Of a stretch of 64,000 nucleotides of DNA, positions 9,272-17,908 are shown piece after piece. The notes beneath the pieces were generated by a model, which was not told where the DNA came from, did no database searches, and saw nothing but the letters and a program-made list of their open reading frames with translations. Position 1 is the first letter of the stretch, and each line of letters begins with the position of its first letter. The stretch is taken from assembly GCA_027310185.1 (NCBI GenBank), contig DAIDBH010000019.1, positions 1 through 64,000 on the forward strand, given 5' to 3'. Origin of the DNA: Thermoplasmatales archaeon. GTDB lineage: Archaea > Thermoplasmatota > Thermoplasmata > Thermoplasmatales > Thermoplasmataceae. The position numbers were made by a program, and so were the translations under genes.

Positions 9272-10363
9272 TCATTTTTTTAATTCATACTTTTTTCCTC
9301 TCCACTCAATATGACTGGATCTAAACCCTGTAACCATATTAACGAAATAGATAAATGGCAATATTATAGATGCTATGGTAACCATTAGAACGTTCTGTTT
9401 CTCGCGCGAAATATTAATTATAATTGTCATGGCCCAGGGAATGTAGCCAAGAAGAAATATATTCCAGACAAATATCGACAGCGGAATCAATGAGAATATA
9501 TATATTATAACAAGACCATATATTCCAACTCCTGCATAAAATGCGTTCTTACTGTGGGATATGCTGATAGCAATCTGTCTGTTTGACCATTCCATGAAAG
9601 TTTTCCTATCTTCTTTAATGTAGACAACTGGCCTTGTATTATGGGCATAAGCAATCCTCAGATTTCTTTCCTTGCATATGGATGTTATGGTGGAATCATC
9701 AGAAATAGAATCTGCAAATCTTTCAAAATTATCTGGAAAAATAAGATCATTCCTGAACGCCACTGAACCGCCCCACACAAATCTGGTCAGCCTGAATTCC
9801 ATCATATTAATTCCAAGATATCCCCACGTTTTTTTTATAAAATCCCACAGGCTTCCCCTATCCACTGGATCATAATATGGATAGGTAGTGCTCGCACCAA
9901 CCTTTTCGTCACCAAGAAGAGTAATCAGGCTTTGCAGCCAGTTAGGTTTAACAAGTGTATCTGAATCCAGGATTGCGAAATAATCACTATATCGATATTT
10001 TTTCATGGCAGTAGCGATTGCGCCAACCTTTCCACTACCACTGTAATTGCCATCTGAAACTATAATTTCCATATCATGTTTTTCCAGTACCCTTACGGCT
10101 GGGTCTGATATATCGTCAACAACAGCAACAATGTTATAATTGGTGATTGTCTGTTTCTTTATTGCTTCTAAAGTTTTTTCGAAATATATATCAACACCCT
10201 TGCATGGGAAGATAACTGTAATGTGTTTTCCATCAAATTTCCTGTTCCTGAAATTCTGCCTCTTCCACCACTCCACAAGATAGATCCTTAACGATAGTAA
10301 TATTATCAAGGCTAATAATATAAATATCCAGAGTATTTTTACAATTTCAATGTCTTGAATCAT
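9272..10363 (-). CDS. Membrane-bound family 2/21-like glycosyltransferase
   Basis: N-terminal TM, PCKG, GKVGA, LDSD (DxD), VWGGS, ISDD, C-terminal TMs and IEWRGKKY. Confidence 0.85.
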   Translation of the reverse strand: MIQDIEIVKILWIFILLALIILLSLRIYLVEWWKRQNFRNRKFDGKHITVIFPCKGVDIYFEKTLEAIKKQTITNYNIVAVVDDISDPAVRVLEKHDMEIIVSDGNYSGSGKVGAIATAMKKYRYSDYFAILDSDTLVKPNWLQSLITLLGDEKVGASTTYPYYDPVDRGSLWDFIKKTWGYLGINMMEFRLTRFVWGGSVAFRNDLIFPDNFERFADSISDDSTITSICKERNLRIAYAHNTRPVVYIKEDRKTFMEWSNRQIAISISHSKNAFYAGVGIYGLVIIYIFSLIPLSIFVWNIFLLGYIPWAMTIIINISREKQNVLMVTIASIILPFIYFVNMVTGFRSSHIEWRGKKYELKK

Positions 10364-10913
10364 CTATCTCACTAATTGGAACGGTTCTGCTACCTCTAGT
10401 ACCTCTAACAGGCTCGGATTCTTTCCCAATTCTTTTTCCCCTTAATATGTTAAATATGTCTGAAAGGGAAAGAACAGAAAAGATTATTCCGGTTATGAGA
10501 GAAATGAAAAGAAAGATCTCAAAGAATATAATATAATAGGAAGCCTGGTAAACGACTACAGAGCTGGCAAAATTCATCAGCATTGATACCAGTCCTATCA
10601 TTATGGTAAAGACAAATAACCTGTTTATCTGGCCAAATATTGGTTGCTTAAGGCTTTCTGGGTGAAATATTGGTATCATTGAGATCATTACAGTGTATGC
10701 CGCCATCATAAGACCCATAATTGTACCATAGAAGGTGAGGATTGATGCGCTGGAATAGAAAGAAGCTATCTTTGAGGTCACTAGGGTGTCTGTTGGTATG
10801 TAGATCTTTCCTATGTTTGTTGTCAGAAGAAAAGTAATGATAAATGACAAAACAACCACATTTCTCAACTTATAAAAAGAATCCAGCCTCCCCTTCAGCC
10901 TGACCTGAGCCAT
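10347..10913 (-). CDS. Hypothetical membrane protein
   Basis: 188 aa, four hydrophobic helices, overlaps glycosyltransferase start. Confidence 0.75.
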   Translation of the reverse strand: MAQVRLKGRLDSFYKLRNVVVLSFIITFLLTTNIGKIYIPTDTLVTSKIASFYSSASILTFYGTIMGLMMAAYTVMISMIPIFHPESLKQPIFGQINRLFVFTIMIGLVSMLMNFASSVVVYQASYYIIFFEIFLFISLITGIIFSVLSLSDIFNILRGKRIGKESEPVRGTRGSRTVPISEIDDSRH

Positions 10914-10976
10914 GGAATATTATAGTAACCCAGTATAAAATTTTTTATTAGAATATCCCTAAAAATGATGAAGTTT

Positions 10977-11330
10977 TCAGAAAAATCGGAAGGTAGACTG
11001 GTCAATCAGGTCGGTAAAACTTTCCAGATCGATATCCCCTACCTTCACATTTGCAACGAGCTGTGTCCAGCCAACTTCAAAATAGAATGAAAGGTTTTCA
11101 CCTTTAACCATAAAAAGTAGTTGGGTAACTCTATCTACGTTTTCCTTGTCTGGAAATTCATCACTCTCAATTTCTTGGTTCTTGTCAGCATTCGTTATGT
11201 ATGTGTGGTGAAGGTATTCGAAGGAATAGTTGTGAAGGGGGAAATTTCTTCTTTTTTGGATAGCAAGCATCCGCACAAAATATTCAATGATATTTCCAAA
11301 ATCACCCTCTATTTTCATTGGCTCCTGCAT
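10977..11330 (-). CDS. Hypothetical protein
   Basis: Track ORF 10977..11426 begins with TTG in a very AT-rich stretch; ATG at 11330 (MQEPMK) is the more plausible start. Confidence 0.65.
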   Translation of the reverse strand: MQEPMKIEGDFGNIIEYFVRMLAIQKRRNFPLHNYSFEYLHHTYITNADKNQEIESDEFPDKENVDRVTQLLFMVKGENLSFYFEVGWTQLVANVKVGDIDLESFTDLIDQSTFRFF

Positions 11331-11434
11331 ATTTTTAAATTCTTGAATGGTATTTAAAATTGTTCCAATTTTCCATATCAAATTAAGTATTTTAAAAAAC
11401 ACAATGCGTAAAAACTTTTTTTCCAAAATTTATT

Positions 11435-12487
11435 ATGTTTTGTCTGGATGAAAGACTTATGACCGATGATATTCCAGAAGTAAGAAAAAACCACCCTTAT
11501 ATAATGTATGAGATGCTCAAGGAGACTCCTAAAGCGCTTAAGACAACCTTAAGGGATGTAATTAATGAGGAAATTGAGTTCAAACGAGGTTCCATAACGG
11601 TAACAGGCAATGGAACGTCATATCACGCGGGTGTGCTTGGGTTTCAATCAATTTCGGAAGAGGATAAGCCATGGAATTATATACAGTCCTATGAACTTGA
11701 AAATTATAGATCACCTGGCAATAATATAGTAGCATTCTCCCATACAGGTAAGACATATTCAACTGTTCAATCAATAAAAAAATACCCCGATAAGTTCAGC
11801 GTAGGTGTAACCCATGATCAAAATTCTCCGCTAGCCAAAATCTCAAGTAGAAGTATCGTCATCCATGAAAAAGATAAATCTCTATGCAATACAAAAGCCT
11901 TTTTCGACAACTCACTTGCATCTCTTATAATAGCCAAGAAATATGAAAAATCCAAATATGACTATGAAGGGTTCATTAACATGATCGACAGGAATCTTTC
12001 TAAAGCAGATATGGAGATGAAATCAATAGTCAATGAAATTGGGAACATTAACAATATTTTTGTCCTTGGAGCAGGGAATAACTTCATAGCAGCCCGGGAA
12101 ACAGCCCAAAAGCTCAAGGAAGCAACACACATACATAGTGAAGGTATAGAACTTGAGGAGTATAATCACGGTTGCACATCTGTAACAAATGAGGGTACCC
12201 TTCTGATCAATATCTGCAACAGGGAGGATAACTCAAGGGTAGAACAGATAAACCGAGGAATAAAGCACGTAGGAGCTAAATCAATCGGCATTGGCGGACC
12301 CGGAGACTTTGAAATAGATCTGGATGTCAGAAACAGCTTTGAATTACCAATCCAAGCTATCACCTATACTTATTTCCTTGCATACCACCTTGCGGTTAAA
12401 CTTGGAATCAACCCGGACATACTAAGATTTGATGAAAAAGACTACTATGATTTTGATATGGCAATATTTCCATCAGGTCAACACTAA
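11435..12487 (+). CDS. Double SIS-domain sugar-phosphate isomerase/deaminase (GlmS isomerase-like, no glutaminase domain)
   Basis: HPYIMYEMLKETP, GNGTSYHAG, SHTGKT, NTKAF, ETAQKLKE, EEYNHG, GINPD. Confidence 0.88.
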   Translation: MFCLDERLMTDDIPEVRKNHPYIMYEMLKETPKALKTTLRDVINEEIEFKRGSITVTGNGTSYHAGVLGFQSISEEDKPWNYIQSYELENYRSPGNNIVAFSHTGKTYSTVQSIKKYPDKFSVGVTHDQNSPLAKISSRSIVIHEKDKSLCNTKAFFDNSLASLIIAKKYEKSKYDYEGFINMIDRNLSKADMEMKSIVNEIGNINNIFVLGAGNNFIAARETAQKLKEATHIHSEGIELEEYNHGCTSVTNEGTLLINICNREDNSRVEQINRGIKHVGAKSIGIGGPGDFEIDLDVRNSFELPIQAITYTYFLAYHLAVKLGINPDILRFDEKDYYDFDMAIFPSGQH

Positions 12488-12651
12488 GATATTTTCTTAT
12501 TAGCCTTTTCTATCTTATTCTCAATTTTCTTAAGCTGGAATGGGTTAGTAGGTTCCTTACTTTTAAGCATTTTATTCTTCAGTTTCTCCCTTAGTTTATC
12601 ATCCTTGCACAAATTCAGAACACTAATCTCGAATTTCTCAAGTTCTCTCAT
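12484..12651 (-). CDS. Small basic hypothetical protein (55 aa)
   Basis: Hand translation MRELEKFEISVLNLCKDDKLREKLKNKMLKSKEPTNPFQLKKIENKIEKANKKIS*; starts 12 nt after the upstream stop and fills the gap; below ORF-track cutoff. Confidence 0.55.
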   Translation of the reverse strand: MRELEKFEISVLNLCKDDKLREKLKNKMLKSKEPTNPFQLKKIENKIEKANKKIS

Positions 12652-12663
12652 TTATATCATCTC

Positions 12664-13437
12664 TCATATAGATAAGCTGAATTTATCTTTAACTCTCTCG
12701 CTAAATTCTTTATATGTCGCGTTAATCTTCTTTTCAATATCCTCTCTGCTGTTTCCATATCCATAAAACTCTATAGTAAGGATTGGCTCATTGAGTTCGA
12801 AGGATTCTGGATGTGATTTAATGTTTACTCCATTGCCCATCATGTCAAAGACCTCTCTTATTAGTGGTGCAATTGCACTTTCCATTATTCCATTTACTTT
12901 TATTTCCCTGCTCATGTAAGCCTTCTCAGATAGCCCCATTTTTTTAAGGATATGGGGTAACATTGACCTCATCTCCCTCGGTACCCCCGGAACAGAAATT
13001 ATTACTTTCTCCCCATATCTGAGAAACATTCCAGGAGCTGTGCCGACATTATTTTCTATAATTTCCGTGCCTCTCGGCATTCTTGCCATTTTTAACCTCT
13101 CTTCTGTTAAGTCCAGTTTTAATGATGTATACTTTGCTTTCAAAGCATTGATTGCATCAGCATTCACCTCTAGTGGCAATCCGAGGCACTTAGCAATAGA
13201 CTCAACCGAAATATCATCCATGGTTGGTCCAAGCCCTCCTGTTGTGATAATAACATTGACTTCCTGTAACATAAAATTCAATGACCTGCATATTTGATCA
13301 GATTCATCCCTGCAAGCGATGTGAAAGTTCACATTAAATCCGTTTGATGTGAGAAAGGAAGATATTTCAGCTGAGTTCGAATCAATTGTTCTTCCTTTAA
13401 CAATCTCATTTCCAATGGAAATAACTCCTATGTCCAT
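12664..13437 (-). CDS. CinA-like molybdopterin-binding-domain protein
   Basis: IGNEIVKGRTIDSN, TTGGLGPTMDD, GTAPG, VPGVPREM, ESAIAP, IKSHP. Confidence 0.9.
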   Translation of the reverse strand: MDIGVISIGNEIVKGRTIDSNSAEISSFLTSNGFNVNFHIACRDESDQICRSLNFMLQEVNVIITTGGLGPTMDDISVESIAKCLGLPLEVNADAINALKAKYTSLKLDLTEERLKMARMPRGTEIIENNVGTAPGMFLRYGEKVIISVPGVPREMRSMLPHILKKMGLSEKAYMSREIKVNGIMESAIAPLIREVFDMMGNGVNIKSHPESFELNEPILTIEFYGYGNSREDIEKKINATYKEFSERVKDKFSLSI

Positions 13438-13447
13438 TATTTCACTC

Positions 13448-13543
13448 CTAAATGTTGTTCAAATAGGAAACGTAAAACATCAACGCAGACATTCCTACAA
13501 GCACCAGCATAAATATGAGCATCTGTCTCTTTCTGTTTTCCAA
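13448..13543 (-). CDS. Possible 31-aa single-pass membrane peptide
   Basis: TTG start; MENRKRQMLIFMLVLVGMSALMFYVSYLNNI*; basic N-terminus plus hydrophobic helix; stop abuts the GAGTGA SD-like site of the next gene. Confidence 0.4.
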   Translation of the reverse strand: MENRKRQMLIFMLVLVGMSALMFYVSYLNNI

Positions 13544-13800
13544 GGTTATCAGTCAATGATTGCTAATAATCTATTTAACCTTTACAAATTGAATTTTTTT
13601 TAACAAATAATTGCCAGAACCCCTCTTCTTTATGTAACTTTCAGAACTTGAGAGATTATGTTCTTCTGGTATTCTGCTGTTATCACTTAAACAGTGAAGT
13701 TTCCTGAGGAATCTTGAAGAGGAGATCACATATAATTGAATAGCAACATATTTATTTCCTTAAGTCCATTACCTTTTGCTCTTAATAGGTGTAGAAAAAG

Positions 13801-14085
13801 ATGAACATACGGAGATTAATTCTCGATGTTGGCAAAGGAATTAACAGGCCAACATTAATAGAACTTTCAGAGGTTATCAGCTCGGTGAAGGGGGTAGAAG
13901 GAGTAAATATTATCGTGACTGATATGGATATTGAGACTATGGGAGTCAACGTTACCATAGAAGGAAACAACATCAATTACGATCAGGTTTTAAAAGGCAT
14001 TGAAGAAGTTGGAGCTGTAGTACATTCAATAGATGAAATTGCAGTAGGAACTAAACTTATAGAAAATATAAGGCGTGATGAGTGA
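13801..14085 (+). CDS. DUF211-family small archaeal protein
   Basis: IRRLILDV...P, GVEGVNI, IEG, GAVVHSIDE pattern. Confidence 0.85.
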   Translation: MNIRRLILDVGKGINRPTLIELSEVISSVKGVEGVNIIVTDMDIETMGVNVTIEGNNINYDQVLKGIEEVGAVVHSIDEIAVGTKLIENIRRDE

Positions 14086-14606
14086 ACGAAGACGATTCAT
14101 TTGCCCTGAGTATAGGTGCAATTGATGGATTAATTACATCATTGATGATAACAAGTAATGCCATAATAAGCAAGTCAACCATCTTGCTTGAAACTGCTCT
14201 AAGGATAAGCTTGGGTTCAGCAGTTGTGGGTGCTGCAAGTTTTTTTGTTGCTGAATATGGAAGACTGAGGCAGGGAGAATACCGGGTAGCTCATCTATTG
14301 AAGCCTTCCCTGGGTCCTGGTCAAAGGAAAACATCGGTCAATAGACGAAATCTAAGTGATGCATTCAAGGGAGGCTCATTTTCCTTTATTATGGGATTTG
14401 TCGGAGCTGCAGTTCCAATAGTAAGTTATTCTCTGTTACACAGAGGTGGAGTTTATTCATTGGCCTTTTCATATTCAGCCCTGGGTATTACGGGTATATT
14501 CCTTGGAAAGAGTTCTGGGGGAAAGATATCAAACTGGTTCATATCTCTGGTGATACTTGGAGTTATAATGACTGCAGTTGGATATTACCTAAAGATAGTA
14601 TCTTAG
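14082..14606 (+). CDS. VIT1/CCC1-like membrane protein
   Basis: GAIDGLIT N-terminal motif, FVAEY, about five TMs; start overlaps DUF211 stop (GTGA). Confidence 0.75.
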   Translation: MNEDDSFALSIGAIDGLITSLMITSNAIISKSTILLETALRISLGSAVVGAASFFVAEYGRLRQGEYRVAHLLKPSLGPGQRKTSVNRRNLSDAFKGGSFSFIMGFVGAAVPIVSYSLLHRGGVYSLAFSYSALGITGIFLGKSSGGKISNWFISLVILGVIMTAVGYYLKIVS

Positions 14607-14655
14607 TTTCAGAAAACGAAGAAAAAGATAAACGTATTGAAGTGATACAGTTTAA

Positions 14656-16101
14656 ATGTCTAGGCTGTTGTATCTCTCCTTATTGAGTATAATGTTTCTT
14701 CTCTCCATAGTAATTGAGATTATTGGGGGGGTCATCATCTTTTCTGGGCAGATATTTTATATATTCTATTCGATCATAGGCTTGATAGTGTTGATGCCAC
14801 TATTGGAATATTTTTCGTACCGTAAAATTAGAATTTTGAATTTCTATCCAATAAGCATTTTTATTCTGTCAATGTTGCTCGCAATTTTAATGGACTTTGC
14901 CTATTTTCCAGCCCTGGCTCTCCAAATAATTGCATTGATTTTTTCCATAAGGTACATCATAGATAATGACAAAATGAAGAAGTATCATTCGGTTTACATA
15001 GTATATGGATTTCTCATGCTTCTTCTTTCCTCCCTCCTAAGAGAGATTCCATTTGAAAAATTATCTCAGGTGCTAATTTTTAACATTGGTGATGATATCA
15101 ACGTTGCAGGTGTTCCATTCTTCTTCAGCAATGGTGTTGTAGTTGCAGGAATGAGGTATTTTGTATTTTCCTTCAGTTATCAGTATATGGTCATAATACT
15201 GGTTCTTGGTTTCCTGCTACTCGAAAACGCCAGGAGCATAATTAAAATATCCACTGCAAAAAAGCAAGGAAAGGGCAACATCGTAAATCTAACGTCAATG
15301 AGCTTTTCAGTATTCTCATGTCAGTGTGAAACTGTCACATCAATAATCCCAGCCATAGGTGCTGAAATAATTGGAATAATATCTCTGCCCATTATACTGG
15401 AGAGTCTAATTCTTTCCGTAGGTACTTTCCTCTACCTTCATTTTGTTCAAAAGGGGAGATACGGAATATTCGGGAATCTCTGGAATTCTAAGAAAGAAAG
15501 GAGGGGATTGTTAATCATAGCGCTCATAATAATGGTGATCAGTCCAATATTGATAACAGTAGGAGTTTATTATGATCTTCAGAAAAACCTCCTGTTTTAT
15601 TTTGGAACCAATCTTGGTCTCTTTGCAGTATCATCGTTGATCTTTACTCGTTTATTCGGTGAAATCAGGATCAGACTAGAAATATCCCAAATAATGTACG
15701 CATTTTTAGCCTTTTTCACGATCTTCTTTATGGTTGTATGGTATATTCCAGTCATTCTTGATCTTGCAGTAAGTAATGGGATCATATTTTCAATAATGGG
15801 TCTGTTTTCAGTGATTTCAGGACTTATATTATCTTTTATGCTTACACCAATTGATAAAATCAGGCGTTCCATAATCTATGAATATATAACGGGAATGTTT
15901 CCAATTGTATTTGTAATTGTACTTTACTATACTGTTATTACTTCGAGCCAGATATGGCCTGTTTTCAGTATAACAAGTCAACTGGTATTCGCCCTTGTTC
16001 TATTGGGTTTGAGTCTTCCATTTATGTGGTTTTCCACAAACTATTCAATATATGGCAACTATGTTGCAAACATAGAGATAAATAAACGAGATGAGATATG
16101 A
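14656..16101 (+). CDS. Polytopic membrane protein of unknown function
   Basis: 481 aa, more than ten hydrophobic segments, internal SCQCE motif. Confidence 0.8.
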   Translation: MSRLLYLSLLSIMFLLSIVIEIIGGVIIFSGQIFYIFYSIIGLIVLMPLLEYFSYRKIRILNFYPISIFILSMLLAILMDFAYFPALALQIIALIFSIRYIIDNDKMKKYHSVYIVYGFLMLLLSSLLREIPFEKLSQVLIFNIGDDINVAGVPFFFSNGVVVAGMRYFVFSFSYQYMVIILVLGFLLLENARSIIKISTAKKQGKGNIVNLTSMSFSVFSCQCETVTSIIPAIGAEIIGIISLPIILESLILSVGTFLYLHFVQKGRYGIFGNLWNSKKERRGLLIIALIIMVISPILITVGVYYDLQKNLLFYFGTNLGLFAVSSLIFTRLFGEIRIRLEISQIMYAFLAFFTIFFMVVWYIPVILDLAVSNGIIFSIMGLFSVISGLILSFMLTPIDKIRRSIIYEYITGMFPIVFVIVLYYTVITSSQIWPVFSITSQLVFALVLLGLSLPFMWFSTNYSIYGNYVANIEINKRDEI

Positions 16102-16183
16102 AATTTGTTAATTTCATGATTTATCAATTCTCTACCAGTTTTAGTCTTAGAAACGCGTAAATACGAAATTCAAATTATCGCTT

Positions 16184-16996
16184 ATGAAAATAGAAATAGT
16201 AACTGAAAACGGTAACCTCTTTCCTTTCGCATATGAGGATGGAAATGTTAAGAAAGGAAAAAAAATCTCCAATCTCAATAAATTTTATAAGGAAATAAAA
16301 GAGAATGTGAATTCTATCGAATTCAAGGAATCCAGTATGGAAAATCACTCCACTGCTATTCCAGTTTGCCCTGGGAAAATTCTCTGCCCGGCCTTGAATT
16401 TCAGGAATCATTCTGCTGAAACTGAGCAAAAAAATCCAGAATTTCCATATTTTTTCCCAAAGTTCTCCAACGCCCTCATACCATTCAATGGAAAAATATT
16501 GAAGCATGTGGGTATTGAACAGCTCGATTATGAAGGAGAAATAGCAGCAATAATAGGAAGAAAAACATTTATGGCTTCAAGGAAAGAGGCCCAGGATTCC
16601 ATAGTGGGTTTTGCAGTTGTGAACGATGTGAGTGCGAGAGATTATCAGAACCAGTTTTCTCCAAATCTTGGGAAGAACTGGATAATGGGAAAAGCTGCAG
16701 ACACTTTTCTCCCAGTAAGCAACACAGTATTCATTGGAAAGGAAGAAGAGTTCTCAATCAAGACCCATGTAAACGGTGAAGCCAGGCAGGATGGAAATAC
16801 CCGGGACATGATATTCCCTTTCGCTGAAATGATATCATACATAAGCAGGAATATAACACTGGAACCTGGAGATATGATTCTCAGTGGCACGCCTGCGGGA
16901 GTTGCAGCATCAGGTAAATATCCATATCTTAGGAAAGGGGACATGGTAAGGATAGAATCTGACAAAATAGGAAAACTGGAAAATGTTATAGCTTGA
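16184..16996 (+). CDS. Fumarylacetoacetate hydrolase family protein
   Basis: LNFRNH, PYFFPK, LDYEGE, NDVSARD, GKAADTF, LEPGDMILSGTPAGV. Confidence 0.92.
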   Translation: MKIEIVTENGNLFPFAYEDGNVKKGKKISNLNKFYKEIKENVNSIEFKESSMENHSTAIPVCPGKILCPALNFRNHSAETEQKNPEFPYFFPKFSNALIPFNGKILKHVGIEQLDYEGEIAAIIGRKTFMASRKEAQDSIVGFAVVNDVSARDYQNQFSPNLGKNWIMGKAADTFLPVSNTVFIGKEEEFSIKTHVNGEARQDGNTRDMIFPFAEMISYISRNITLEPGDMILSGTPAGVAASGKYPYLRKGDMVRIESDKIGKLENVIA

Positions 16997-17020
16997 GAGC
17001 CAAGCATTCATTATAGTGAA

Positions 17021-17905
17021 ATGATATTCGAGGAAAATAAGGAACAGCTGTTGCAGGCTAAGCTACCATTCACTATATCTGTTCCAGAGAATGAAGAGTT
17101 TAAAGCTTCAATTCGTTTTTCATATAATGAGCCAATTTCTGTTAGAATAGAAATAGGGCCGGGCAAAGGAAGAATGTCGATCAAGGAGTCATTCATGGAC
17201 TGGTTCTACTATGGATTTCCAAAAAATCATATGAAAAGTGCAGTTGAATATTACGGACATGAAACAATAGAAAAGATTGTCCTGAATGGTGAAACGCATT
17301 TGGTATTCTCAGGTCCTGATTATTTAGGCAGGTCATCATCAACAGTCTTCATAAGGGGAACTATGATTGAATTAAGATACGAGCAGGGAATGGAAAATCT
17401 TTCCCTGAACATGATTAAAAACATGAGGATGAATGAGATCAAAGATATGAATTTTATAGACTGTTCATTCCTATGTAATTACCGTTCGGAATCAAAATGG
17501 TTCGAAAATGAGAGAGTTGGCAGGCTTTCATGGAAAAGAATTTCCGGAGACTCTCTATGGAATTATTATCCTGATTCAACAGGAGAGCTTCATGGATTGC
17601 ATAAAATCACCATCTATAGAAACAGTTTATCTGAATTCTTGTGGATTGATGTTTCCAGGAAGAATAGCGGGATTGAGAATTTACGATACAGGTTTTCAAG
17701 AGGTGGAAATATTTTTAAGCTGGTGAAAAATGAAAATAATTCATTCTTCGGGGCTCTTTCAGATAATGGGCCATATCTTTACCAGAAGGAAGATGATCGA
17801 TTTGTTTATACAGTTACAGTACCCAGAATGAAAGAATTTGACGAGGACAGGCAGAATTTTTTTTCATATATGGAAAATTTAAACTTTAGCTCATTTTTAC
17901 CCTGA
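17021..17905 (+). CDS. Hypothetical protein
   Basis: 294 aa ORF tightly packed between FAH and ATPase genes; no motif recognised. Confidence 0.75.
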   Translation: MIFEENKEQLLQAKLPFTISVPENEEFKASIRFSYNEPISVRIEIGPGKGRMSIKESFMDWFYYGFPKNHMKSAVEYYGHETIEKIVLNGETHLVFSGPDYLGRSSSTVFIRGTMIELRYEQGMENLSLNMIKNMRMNEIKDMNFIDCSFLCNYRSESKWFENERVGRLSWKRISGDSLWNYYPDSTGELHGLHKITIYRNSLSEFLWIDVSRKNSGIENLRYRFSRGGNIFKLVKNENNSFFGALSDNGPYLYQKEDDRFVYTVTVPRMKEFDEDRQNFFSYMENLNFSSFLP

Positions 17906-17908
17906 TTA

